Program-made: the position numbers and the translations under genes
Virus record (IMG/VR): IMGVR_UViG_3300005805_000385
Span: 1-27,110 of that record
Source: a virus
Lineage: Duplodnaviria; Caudoviricetes
DNA: 27,110 nt
Direction: 5' to 3' (one strand)
Shown: positions 18,527 through 27,110 of the stretch, piece after piece
Layout of the letters: each line of letters begins with the position of its first letter
Position numbering within the stretch: the first letter of the stretch is position 1
Notes under the pieces: model-generated
Told to the model about the DNA's origin: nothing
Databases searched by the model: none
Seen by the model: only the letters and a program-made list of their open reading frames with translations

Positions 18527-19213
18527 TTAGACTCCGAATCGGGAACGGGTGGCGTTATAGTTTTGGAGAACTTCGGTGGAGGATAATGTTCTATTATAAA
18601 ATTGTACTGCCCCAACATATCCACTTGAATAATAGGGAAACGTTGGATCAGGATTTCGTGCTATATGAAAATTACTTGAGGTTGCACCAAATGTTCCTCC
18701 CACATTTGTATTTGATCCTACCACAACACCATTCAAATACAAATCAATTCTATTACTAGTGCCCGTAAATCCAATATGTGTCCAGCTATTTGCATAACTT
18801 GTCCACGTTACCACGATGTCATAATTACCCGTACTAGTACGTATTCGTGCTTCCGTGGTAGATCCTAATAACAAAAAATACAAATCATAGTTAGTATCGT
18901 TTCTAAATCCCGCAACGTGTTGAAGTGCCGCAGTAAATTTTCCCCACAAACACATGGAAAATGCAGGAGCTTTATTTGCTGTTCCGAATCCATCTGTTCC
19001 AGTATGCACTACATAATCATTTACTCCATCAAACTTGATACTTCCTCTTCCATCCGTAGAAAATGTAGGCCCGTTCGTCAGGGAACCACTGTAATTATTT
19101 CCTGTTAGGTCAGTCCACACAGTCCCGCTCCCCGGGTAACTTTTCGTATTTCCGGCGTCGATAGCAAATGTCAATCCATCGGTCACGATTTTGGGACTAT
19201 ACAGTGTTGCCAT
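18527..19213 (-). CDS. ConA-like lectin/glucanase (LamG-like) domain protein
   Basis: IVTDGLTFAIDAGNTKSYPGSGT, FDGVND, WTHIG, LYLNG and FYNRTLSSTEVLQNYNA motifs. Confidence 0.85.
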   Translation of the reverse strand: MATLYSPKIVTDGLTFAIDAGNTKSYPGSGTVWTDLTGNNYSGSLTNGPTFSTDGRGSIKFDGVNDYVVHTGTDGFGTANKAPAFSMCLWGKFTAALQHVAGFRNDTNYDLYFLLLGSTTEARIRTSTGNYDIVVTWTSYANSWTHIGFTGTSNRIDLYLNGVVVGSNTNVGGTFGATSSNFHIARNPDPTFPYYSSGYVGAVQFYNRTLSSTEVLQNYNATRSRFGV

Positions 19214-19248
19214 ATATTCAATCCTTAATTGATCGTAGAAGGCATTAC

Positions 19249-20733
19249 TTACTCTACCGTCTTCAATGGTTGCACATCTTTACGGGTTGCCGTGACCGTG
19301 TAGTAACAATCAATATCACGACTGAACAAATTCTCATTTGCAATTACAATACGTGTACCGTAGATACTACTAACATATAACTTTTGATGAGTACCAATTG
19401 GGGTCAACTGTACGGTTACGGAATCCATGTCTACCAACCATTCCCATTCGTCAGGAAGAGTAATAATAGTATCGTTCTGTAATCGTCCACGTGCATACAC
19501 AGCGTGTTCTGGGCCTTCAAGAACACCATAAATCAAACTCTTGCCCGGCAATCGTTGGTGAAGGATCTTGAAGCTCTTGGTTTGTGCGGTAAATGCGCCT
19601 GTCACATCCAACGATCCAGTAATATTTGTACTTCCACTGACCGTTAGTCGTGCATTTGGCGTTAATGTACCTACTCCAACACGATTGTTTCCAGCATCAA
19701 CAAAGAAGGTACTTCCATTAACCGTAAAATTATCACGAACACTACCTGATCCACTCACCTGTAATGCCAATCCACTTCCCGAAATCAACAATGATCCCGT
19801 AATGGTTTGACTTCCGTTGAATTGGTTAGAACCCGTGGTAGCAAAGACAGTGGAATTCAATCCATCAAAAAGTTCGGCGTTACTGGCGTAAGATGCAGTG
19901 GTTGCAAAAGAAGCAGACACACCAGAAAGGTTATTAATTTGGGTGGAACTGGACAGAATTCCGGCTGGTATGTTGGATAATCCTGTATACGACACTTGTC
20001 CCGATGAAGAGACAGTACCAGCGGGAAGTAGTGGCGTTATTTGTGTTGAGGATGAAACAATCCCTGACGGGATATTACTCAATCCTGTATAACTGACTTG
20101 TCCTGAACTTGAAACGGTTCCGTTAGGTAGTGCTTTTACTGTTCCTTGGGTAAAGTGAGTAGACCCCGTATCTACCGTGATGGTTCCTGCACCTGTTATC
20201 GTACCGCCTGTTAAACCATTGCCTGCAGTAATAGATGTAACGGTTCCGGCACCACCCGCAAGGTTTGTTGATGCACCACCGGCAAGTGTGGTGATGTCCC
20301 AATATCCACCACGTGCAGAACCACCTTGTTCAAATATTCGTAATTTATTTTGATAAACATCAATGGTTACGCCAGTACCGTCTAGTGTAGTATTCGTTTG
20401 TGGTTTTGCTAATAGAATTTCTCCACCTTCATCACCGGAAGAGTTGTTGGATATCAGATAGGCTCCTGCCGTAATATTACCCGTTGCAGAGACATCTTGA
20501 TTTAATGTATTGACAAATGACGCGGTTGACGCAAACGATGCCGTTGTTGGCGTAAAGGTAATTGACGTTGCTGCACTTGCCGTGGTGGCAAAGGAAGCTG
20601 ATGTGGCATTTGTTGCCCAACTCCCCGTCCCGAACAACGAACCCGTAATTCCTGCACTCACATTCAATGAGCCGGTAATCCGTGTACTACCAGAAACGAT
20701 CAGTCCTTTGCGAGCTATAAATTCATTTGCCAT
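19249..20733 (-). CDS. tail fibre protein with probable C-terminal intramolecular chaperone-like domain (start revised from 20778 to 20733)
   Basis: [11 protein letters not shown] is identical to the start of 20867..23143. It carries [15 protein letters not shown] repeats, RVGVGT.TP..RLTVSG, and C-terminal TKSF.I.H..LEGPE..VY.RG..LPDEW..VTVQLTP. The 15-aa upstream extension overlaps hairpins. Confidence 0.8.
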   Translation of the reverse strand: MANEFIARKGLIVSGSTRITGSLNVSAGITGSLFGTGSWATNATSASFATTASAATSITFTPTTASFASTASFVNTLNQDVSATGNITAGAYLISNNSSGDEGGEILLAKPQTNTTLDGTGVTIDVYQNKLRIFEQGGSARGGYWDITTLAGGASTNLAGGAGTVTSITAGNGLTGGTITGAGTITVDTGSTHFTQGTVKALPNGTVSSSGQVSYTGLSNIPSGIVSSSTQITPLLPAGTVSSSGQVSYTGLSNIPAGILSSSTQINNLSGVSASFATTASYASNAELFDGLNSTVFATTGSNQFNGSQTITGSLLISGSGLALQVSGSGSVRDNFTVNGSTFFVDAGNNRVGVGTLTPNARLTVSGSTNITGSLDVTGAFTAQTKSFKILHQRLPGKSLIYGVLEGPEHAVYARGRLQNDTIITLPDEWEWLVDMDSVTVQLTPIGTHQKLYVSSIYGTRIVIANENLFSRDIDCYYTVTATRKDVQPLKTVE

Positions 20734-20750
20734 AGGGTATCCAAATAAAA

Positions 20751-20777
20751 TGTCCAATGGAAAAACTCCACTGGACA
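20751..20777 (-). terminator. terminator-like hairpin overlapping a larger alternative hairpin
   Basis: Minus RNA UGUCCAGUGGA-GUUUU-UCCAUUGGACA (11 bp including one G-U) followed by UUUUAUUU. Confidence 0.55.
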
Positions 20778-20842
20778 CAAGGGGATGTATGTAGGTGAAT
20801 TTTTTATTCGTTTACACACATCCCCTTCATTGTCCGGGGAGT
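20765..20842 (-). promoter_or_regulatory. long imperfect RNA hairpin in the leader of the fibre gene
   Basis: GGACA-AUG-AAGGGGAUGUGUGUA...UACAUACAUCCCCUU-G-UGUCC. The 15-bp core pairs fully on the minus strand using one G-U. Confidence 0.65.
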
Positions 20843-20866
20843 GTACTACGTACTATAACTAGATGA

Positions 20867-23143
20867 TTAGATCATCCGAATTGCAGTTTTGACCGTCCAT
20901 GTGCTACTATCACCCGTCAACTTGAGTCGTGCATTACCACTTAACAAGTCTACTGTGAAGTTTTCACTCAACGTGTCACCGATATCTGCGGTAGATGTAT
21001 CGGTAAATTCAATATTAGTACTACCCGCTTCCCACACAGCCAATACCGTACCAGTGCGAAGATTTGATCCACTCTTCAAGACATAATCAAAGTGTGCCGC
21101 ATCATAACTTCCCGTTGACACAGTTGCAACCACAGAGTTTGCTGGACTTGCAACAGTAGTACTACCTGATGTATAGAGAATACCGTGAATAACTGCACCA
21201 CCTGCCAACGTTACTTGATCTGTAGTTGATGCTCCTTGTGCAGTAATTTGTGCAAGGGTAATGTTACGAGTACCACCAAGTGTGACACCAGTTCCATTGA
21301 TGGTGATGTTATTAGACGTTACATCACCACCTGTTACGGTGAAGTTTGTACTATTAAATGAGGCAATACCTTTGTTTACTGAACTTGCGTCTTCACCGGC
21401 AATTGTAACGGTTTGGCCACTGACCGAGATATCAATACCTTCACCTGCACTATAGGTAATTGCTTGAGTTTTGAGGTTGACAGTACCCGTGGTAATACCA
21501 CCATCGGAACCTGTAATTGCGAGAGTAGAGACAACACCAGTGAGGTTACTACCGTCACCCCAAAATCCTACCGATGATGAAACTGATCCTGTAACGTACA
21601 ATCCTTTTTCAACGTACACTTTACCATTCGCAAAGTCAATATACATTGAACTTGAGGCAGCACTGGTGTCAATATGATCTTCGCCAGTTGCAACCGGAAT
21701 ACGACCTGCAACCAATCCAACTTCATCACCAAGTGATCCGTAGTTCTTCGGGCCCGCAATAAGAATTGCGCTATTATATGCTGCACCAGTTTCATTTTGG
21801 TAAAGCCAGTGATTCCTCAAACTATCCCAAAGAAGTGATCCCGATCCAGCAGTTGATCCTGAGTCTATGACGGAAATACCAGCAAATCGTACTAAATCGT
21901 CATCATTGAGAATAATACGACTTGTACCAACGGTGTATTGTGAAGAGGTTACATATTGCGTAGACATGGATACTGCGGTTAACAGTCCTTCAACAGTCAA
22001 ACTACCTGAAATATTGACATCTTTGGCAATACCGACACCACCATAAACAATCAATGCACCATCAGTATAATTTGTACTGTTGGTAGTATTAGAAATAGTT
22101 TGTACACCAGTAAAGGTATTTGACCCTGTGGTTGCAATAGTTGCAATGCCTGTGGTATTACGAACATCTACTTGACCTGATGACGATACAATTCCTACTG
22201 GAATGTTACTTAATCCTGTATAGGATACTTGTCCTGACGATGAAACGATACCTGATGGTACACCTGAAATACCACTATATTGTACTTGGGCAGAACTACT
22301 GAACACTCCATCTGCATCCAGCTTACTCTTGACACCACTTGTGAATGTTACAGAATTAGTATCTAGTGAAATTGTTCGTGATGTAGTAATATCACCACCA
22401 CCACTCAACCCCGATCCTGCGGAGATAGAAACTGTGGAGTGATCAACGTGTTGATTTGCTACATAGTTGGTGGTTTGATTGTGGTCAACTTGTCCCGATG
22501 ATGAAACAATTCCCGATGGAATGTTTGACAATCCCGTATATGATACTTGACCTGATGAGGAGACGGTTCCTGCTGGAATGGCAATACTGACTTTGTTGTC
22601 GGATATAGTTGTTGTAACACCATTAGTGCCTGCAAAAATCAATGTATCCGTTTGAAGATTGATAGCATCGGTTCCACCAGAAGATCCACTGATGGTGAGT
22701 GTGGTTGCAATACCAGTTAATCCACTTCCATCACCAGTAAATGAACCAGTGAATGACCCCGTAAATGGATCAGTAAGTGTCTTAAATTGCGCAGAAGAGG
22801 AGACAAGGGTTGGTTTGTTTGCTACATTTGCATATTCAACATAAGATGCAGATGTAGCCGTACCAGTTGTTATTATGACAGGAAAGGTTGATCCATCACC
22901 CTTGGTAAAAGTGATTGTACTTCCTGCACCACTTGCAGTAACGATACTATTTGTAGCTAATGATGCGGTAGTTGCATATGACGAACTGATGACGCCAGTA
23001 ACATTGGCACCGTCTCCGTAAAATGCTGCAGCTTTGATATTCCCTGATGCAGTGACGTTGGCACTAAACTGACTTGATCCAGTGATTTCGGCACCGTTTG
23101 TAAGTACTTTTAGTCCTTTTCGTGCTATAAATTCATTCGCCAT
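20867..23143 (-). CDS. long tail fibre-like protein
   Basis: [11 protein letters not shown] start with GGAG SD; [14 protein letters not shown] repeats, [21 protein letters not shown]; C-terminal module homologous to that of 23177..23803. Confidence 0.82.
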   Translation of the reverse strand: MANEFIARKGLKVLTNGAEITGSSQFSANVTASGNIKAAAFYGDGANVTGVISSSYATTASLATNSIVTASGAGSTITFTKGDGSTFPVIITTGTATSASYVEYANVANKPTLVSSSAQFKTLTDPFTGSFTGSFTGDGSGLTGIATTLTISGSSGGTDAINLQTDTLIFAGTNGVTTTISDNKVSIAIPAGTVSSSGQVSYTGLSNIPSGIVSSSGQVDHNQTTNYVANQHVDHSTVSISAGSGLSGGGDITTSRTISLDTNSVTFTSGVKSKLDADGVFSSSAQVQYSGISGVPSGIVSSSGQVSYTGLSNIPVGIVSSSGQVDVRNTTGIATIATTGSNTFTGVQTISNTTNSTNYTDGALIVYGGVGIAKDVNISGSLTVEGLLTAVSMSTQYVTSSQYTVGTSRIILNDDDLVRFAGISVIDSGSTAGSGSLLWDSLRNHWLYQNETGAAYNSAILIAGPKNYGSLGDEVGLVAGRIPVATGEDHIDTSAASSSMYIDFANGKVYVEKGLYVTGSVSSSVGFWGDGSNLTGVVSTLAITGSDGGITTGTVNLKTQAITYSAGEGIDISVSGQTVTIAGEDASSVNKGIASFNSTNFTVTGGDVTSNNITINGTGVTLGGTRNITLAQITAQGASTTDQVTLAGGAVIHGILYTSGSTTVASPANSVVATVSTGSYDAAHFDYVLKSGSNLRTGTVLAVWEAGSTNIEFTDTSTADIGDTLSENFTVDLLSGNARLKLTGDSSTWTVKTAIRMI

Positions 23144-23168
23144 TCCCTATCTCCAAAATGGTTTTATA

Positions 23169-23178
23169 TATAAATATC
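23169..23178 (-). promoter_or_regulatory. GATATTTATA motif
   Basis: Ends 26 nt from the ATG at 23143. Confidence 0.6.
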
Positions 23179-23803
23179 ATAAGAGGTTAGGAAACATCTT
23201 ATACAGGAATTGTACTGTCCATGTCCCCGATCCAGAACCAACACTATATGCTCGTAATAGGATATTATTTCCAGATTTAATAAAATTAAACGATAAATCT
23301 TGCGTATCTCCCACATCTGCGTTTGAAAAATCAGTATAAGAGACGGTACTTCCACTCCATGATGCAAGTAACATCCCTGAACGGGCCGCTCCCGTTCGTT
23401 GAGCAGTATACTCTACGGATACTCCACTAAATGACGAAACAGGTATTGGTGGATCAACAACTTCGGTAGCATTAAATATACCAGATTTAACCGAAGAAGA
23501 CACTGTTGTACTGATGGAGGATGTTGCTGTGTTTAAAACAATCTTATTTCCTTCCAGTTGACCGTAGAACGACGATGTAACGGCGGAAGGAGAAATGACC
23601 TGTCCTTGGATACTACTAACGATCTGTTGACTACTAGAAATAAGATTCGTGGTGTCATTCAACGCAATAACTTGGTTTCCGTGACGAGTAAACAGTTTAC
23701 CGTCTGCTGTATTAACAGCAAGTTCTCCCACAAACATACCACTTGCGGTAGGAATTGCACCTGACTGTGTGCTATGTAACGGAATAAATCTATTTTGCGT
23801 CAT
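23177..23803 (-). CDS. short fibre/adaptor protein with Mtd-N-like N-terminus
   Basis: PTASGMFVGELAVNTADGKLF resembles the major-tropism-determinant/hyaluronidase-type N-terminal anchor. C-terminal EY....R.G.LLASW..YTDFS.ADVGDT..WTV module. Confidence 0.7.
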   Translation of the reverse strand: MTQNRFIPLHSTQSGAIPTASGMFVGELAVNTADGKLFTRHGNQVIALNDTTNLISSSQQIVSSIQGQVISPSAVTSSFYGQLEGNKIVLNTATSSISTTVSSSVKSGIFNATEVVDPPIPVSSFSGVSVEYTAQRTGAARSGMLLASWSGSTVSYTDFSNADVGDTQDLSFNFIKSGNNILLRAYSVGSGSGTWTVQFLYKMFPNLL

Positions 23804-23829
23804 AAAGGTTCCTTGATTTACTTAATCTA

Positions 23830-24678
23830 TTAGAATACTTCCATTGCAAAATGTGTTGCCGATCCGGATGGATATATCTTCTTACTTGTATCAATTGGGA
23901 ATGTTGCGGTGGTTAGTGTTGCTATGTCCATATTCGCACTATTTCCAAGAACTGATAATGAGTATTGACCCGCCGTTAATGTTGTACTTGTATCACCCGT
24001 TGGTGTCATTATAAAGATATCATACTGAGACGTTGAACCCGTTCTTTCTGCAACAGTTTTTGGATTTAATATCACTCTTGCGTCTGTAAAACCTTTACTA
24101 CTTGTTCCGCCGTCAATTGTTGCTCCTGTTCCTGACACAATACTTAGTGTAGGGATAAAACTATATGATGTCTGTGTCCAGTTATCCGGTGGTATTCTAA
24201 CCAGTTTGAACCCATACACAGTTATTGTTTCTGTAACTATCAATCGGCGACTTGTTGAGATATTACTTCTAATAAGATCTGCCGTTGATGCCTGTCGTAC
24301 TCCATCTACAATGTATGCGTCAAGGTTTGAGTATAAAATTGTATTAATGGGTGTTACGCTTGGTGTAATCGTCGGTGTAACTGTTGGCGTAGGTGTTATT
24401 GATCTAGTAATAGTTGGTGTAGGTGTTATTGATCTGGTGACGGTTGGTGTAACGGTTGGTGTTCGTGAGATACTTGGTGTAATACTAGGTGTTCGTGTAA
24501 TACTTGGTGTAATAGATGGCGTAACACTTGGCGTTCGTGAAATACTTGGTGTCACAGTTGGGGTAGGTGTAACAGATGGAATTACTCCCGACCCGAATAT
24601 CTGAACACCATTTAAATATGCTTGTGTAATGGCTGTTCCGTTATAATAAATCGATGATGCGTTTCCAAAGACACTCAT
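23830..24678 (-). CDS. putative fibre-associated protein with mucin-like TPS linker
   Basis: N-terminal IYYNGTAITQAYLNGVQIF, then ~80 aa of TP[ST] repeats, then a beta-rich C-terminal domain. Confidence 0.78.
   Translation of the reverse strand: MSVFGNASSIYYNGTAITQAYLNGVQIFGSGVIPSVTPTPTVTPSISRTPSVTPSITPSITRTPSITPSISRTPTVTPTVTRSITPTPTITRSITPTPTVTPTITPSVTPINTILYSNLDAYIVDGVRQASTADLIRSNISTSRRLIVTETITVYGFKLVRIPPDNWTQTSYSFIPTLSIVSGTGATIDGGTSSKGFTDARVILNPKTVAERTGSTSQYDIFIMTPTGDTSTTLTAGQYSLSVLGNSANMDIATLTTATFPIDTSKKIYPSGSATHFAMEVF
24345..24590. repeat. coding Thr/Pro/Ser repeat tract
   Basis: TPSISRTPSVTPSITPSITRTPS..., the same peptide units as in 1215..2567. Confidence 0.85.
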
Positions 24679-24679
24679 A

Positions 24680-26077
24680 TCACCCTATAATAACGTATAA
24701 TGTCCCACTTACAGGCGTAATTGCCGCGTAAGATGCCGAAGTCATAACTTCAATTATGTTTACTGTAGACGAACTGACAAATCCACTTTGACTGATTTGC
24801 GTAGAGCTACTGATTATGCCGTTGGTTGCACTAATTGAACCTGTAAATGACGCGGCAACGATATTATTTGAGACATTTAAAGAACCGGTCAATTGATGTT
24901 GGTTGTTTGGTTGAATTACCAGTTTAGTTGAATTGTCAAATTCTTCGGTAACTCTTGGACTTCCTGCAAAAATTACTACTCGTTTCTCGGGTTCAACATT
25001 TCCAAGTAGGAAATCATTTGATTTGGCAAACACATACGCGTCCAGCGGCCCACCAATACCAGCAGGAACTACATAATTACTAGAGTTGATACCCATGTTA
25101 ACATATCCAGTTGTTTCATTTCCACTATCTGCGGTAGCAACAATGTCCGCAGAACCTGATGTACTGGATGATTTATTTTTGATGTTAAATTGTAAGTAGT
25201 TATCAACCGAACCGTATCCACTCACTAGATTAAATGAATTCGTATTACCAGCATTGACCACAAATTTTTCTTGTGCGGTTTCAAGTGGTTCTTGTTCTCC
25301 GACAATAATACTATTCTGGTCTTGACGAATGATACTGGAATTAAGTTGCGTAGACGTATTCCACTTTGGAATATATCCAACTGAACCGTTAATATTTGCT
25401 GTTAGTGCGTGTGATGCAGTTATTGCGTGTGACGCACTGGTTATGTAACTCAGTCCACCACTTGGTGTTGGAATAATATACGATTCACTACTTGTTTGAT
25501 AAAAACCAGCGTTGATAATAGTAATATTGTCAGCAATACTTGCCGTACCGAAGAAATTATCACCAGTTACATTTCCATAAACAAATACCGATCCAGTAAA
25601 TTGGTGGGTATCTCCTACACTATCACCAAATTTTGTTGATCCTGATGCGTAAATTGTTGACGACGACACCAACAATTCATCGGCAATAAGAACTCCCCCG
25701 ACTGTTACATCTTGTGGAAACGTAAAGTTAGACGATCCAAAAGCCGTACCAGTAATTTGACTAAGTTGAACTTGTGTGGAACTGGAGACGAGTCCTGATG
25801 GTTTGTTTGTGATGTTTGTCCAATCGGAAGTTGTGACCGCTCCAGATACATAACTTGCAGTAGCAGCATAACTCGCCGATGTAGCAAAATCTGCACTACG
25901 ATAATAATTACCTTCGTTTGTTACAACAGCGTGTGGTTGTTGTAAATTAACATTGTAATTATCACCCGTGTTGACTACGACCTGATATGTTTCGCCGGGA
26001 GTAACAGAAGACAGATACTCTTCTCCCTTACTGACGACTACGGTAATATCAGGTATGTCCAGCTTGATATCGCTCAT
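24680..26077 (-). CDS. tail fibre-like protein
   Basis: WTNITNKPSGLVSSS, GSTKFGDSVGDTHQFTGS; C-terminal MTSASYAAITPVSGTLYVII motif of the T..Y.A......TLY.I type found at the ends of phage fibres. Confidence 0.75.
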   Translation of the reverse strand: MSDIKLDIPDITVVVSKGEEYLSSVTPGETYQVVVNTGDNYNVNLQQPHAVVTNEGNYYRSADFATSASYAATASYVSGAVTTSDWTNITNKPSGLVSSSTQVQLSQITGTAFGSSNFTFPQDVTVGGVLIADELLVSSSTIYASGSTKFGDSVGDTHQFTGSVFVYGNVTGDNFFGTASIADNITIINAGFYQTSSESYIIPTPSGGLSYITSASHAITASHALTANINGSVGYIPKWNTSTQLNSSIIRQDQNSIIVGEQEPLETAQEKFVVNAGNTNSFNLVSGYGSVDNYLQFNIKNKSSSTSGSADIVATADSGNETTGYVNMGINSSNYVVPAGIGGPLDAYVFAKSNDFLLGNVEPEKRVVIFAGSPRVTEEFDNSTKLVIQPNNQHQLTGSLNVSNNIVAASFTGSISATNGIISSSTQISQSGFVSSSTVNIIEVMTSASYAAITPVSGTLYVIIG

Positions 26078-26080
26078 GTA

Positions 26081-26431
26081 CTATCTCGTCACAGTTGGTC
26101 GTACCGCAAGTCCCCCTTCAAGAACACGACGAACGGTGGGTTCTCCTGATCCACTGGTAATGTTGACATCATACACATATCGTCGTTGTGTCAATAACAT
26201 GGTATCGTCAGAATCCAATTTAATATAGATACTGCCGGAATTATATGGAAGGAGTTTTTCAAATGAAAACGTAGCGGCAACTTCCTCCGTGGTATAATTC
26301 TCACGTACTTGGCCCGTGAAGGCGTAGTTCGTGATATCTAACGGGGTGTTGTTGTCGCTACGATTGAGGAGTTGGACGAGAATTTTGAAGGTTTCCCCTT
26401 GACCAACTTGAAAATCGGTGATATCTGCCAT
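26081..26431 (-). CDS. baseplate/fibre adaptor protein (BppU-N-like)
   Basis: QGETF, PLDITNY.F..QVR..Y, RYVYDV and RVLEG...V.P.VTR pattern. Confidence 0.7.
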   Translation of the reverse strand: MADITDFQVGQGETFKILVQLLNRSDNNTPLDITNYAFTGQVRENYTTEEVAATFSFEKLLPYNSGSIYIKLDSDDTMLLTQRRYVYDVNITSGSGEPTVRRVLEGGLAVRPTVTR

Positions 26432-26457
26432 ATTTTTCTCGTAAAAGGGCGGTCTAG

Positions 26458-26467
26458 TATAAATATC
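26458..26467 (-). promoter_or_regulatory. GATATTTATA motif
   Basis: Ends 27 nt from the ATG at 26431. Confidence 0.6.
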
Positions 26468-26511
26468 AAAATATCCCCTAATAGAGTGATTTTATTGAGG
26501 ATATGTTATAA

Positions 26512-26553
26512 AAACTCCTCCGTGATACCGTTTGTGATATCACGAAGGAGTTT
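26512..26553 (-). terminator. rho-independent terminator-like hairpin after the tail tube gene
   Basis: Minus RNA AAACUCCUUCGUGAUA-10 nt-UAUCACGGAGGAGUUU (16 bp, one G-U) running into a U tract. Confidence 0.7.
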
Positions 26554-26607
26554 CAAAAATTCAGTTTGATTAACGTATGTTGAATAGTGTAGAAAAATAC
26601 TTTATAA

Positions 26608-27096
26608 TTAAAAATTCAAAACACAATAATCGGGTTGGATGGTTACTGTAAATTCAACTTGATCATCCGTGCCCCAATCCATTTCACCAAAATTCACTTC
26701 TTGGATTTGTGCACCCTTGATGATCCACTCTTCTACCTTGTCACCGACAGGGCCGAGAATGTTCAAGGTTAAATCCTTCTTGTAGAATTCAAGGTAGCCG
26801 TCACGACCTGTGACTGATTCGTGATGTAAACGAACCCATTCCATGACTGCTTGTGCGCCTGATGGGACAATAGGATCGTAAAGGGTCATTTGCATGGTAC
26901 CCCACTTGCTCTTCCCCTTAACATACCGTTGAACGTTGATGTGATCAAGCGTCTTCGTTTCTTGTGTCAAGGTTGGACGAGCAACTTTTTTAACGATATA
27001 TGAAGGAATGCCATCCATGTAGAGGATGAAACGATTCTTCAACTTTGGTTCAAAGGCTGTGAAGAATAGCTCTTGTTCAGTTACTAGGTTTGCCAT
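26608..27096 (-). CDS. tail tube protein, T4 gp19-like
   Basis: FEPKLKNRF, YVKGKSKW, LYDPIVPSGAQAVMEW, YKKDLTL..LGPVGDKVEEW..KGA, DYCVLNF; GGAG SD. Confidence 0.9.
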   Translation of the reverse strand: MANLVTEQELFFTAFEPKLKNRFILYMDGIPSYIVKKVARPTLTQETKTLDHINVQRYVKGKSKWGTMQMTLYDPIVPSGAQAVMEWVRLHHESVTGRDGYLEFYKKDLTLNILGPVGDKVEEWIIKGAQIQEVNFGEMDWGTDDQVEFTVTIQPDYCVLNF

Positions 27097-27110
27097 GTAT
27101 AATCTCCGAA

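Noticed and set aside
12342-19213. Diversity-generating retroelement or invertase-type fibre switching
   Set aside because: No reverse transcriptase, recombinase, adenine-specific TR/VR pair or inverted cassette was seen; paralog divergence is general.
20734-20778. 15-aa N-terminal extension of the 509-aa ORF
   Set aside because: The paralog starts at MANEF, and the extension lies within the hairpin structures.
1-27110. Eukaryotic/giant-virus origin, or a bacterial contractile injection system locus
   Set aside because: The gp19-like tube, SD sequences, dense single-strand operons and phage-type fibres favour a tailed phage, and no eCIS-type ATPase or spike genes are in the window. Capsid and terminase genes are not visible either, so the call rests on context.
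1-27110. Stop-codon reassignment
   Set aside because: Genes tile densely under the standard code, and TAA, TAG and TGA all end plausible genes.

Overview
The window is part of a large tailed-phage (myovirus-type) genome, and every credible gene lies on the minus strand. In transcription order (right to left) it encodes: a T4 gp19-like tail tube protein; a small baseplate/adaptor-type protein; a long run of tail-fibre or appendage proteins, several sharing end modules; two LamG/ConA-like lectin proteins; a discoidin/F5-8-like protein; two tandem paralogous ~670-aa virion-type proteins; a six-gene glycan-modification cluster (two GT60/PF11397-like GlcNAc transferases, a GT-B-like protein, a tandem two-domain GT-A protein, an FkbM-like methyltransferase and an HtrL/YibB-GT2 fusion); three paralogous small or long proteins, one of them a Thr/Pro/Ser mucin-like Cys-rich protein; and the 5' part of an SNF2/SMARCAL1-like helicase that the ORF track missed. 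The most interesting signal is a candidate phage-encoded mucin-type O-glycosylation system, with GT60 initiators, elongating GTs and a methyltransferase next to mucin-like putative virion proteins. Other notable signals are a terminator/antiterminator-like RNA switch before one fibre gene, a possible daisy-chain docking arrangement among fibre genes, and a fixed-spacing GATATTTATA motif. All family assignments come from motif recognition by eye; no database search was run.
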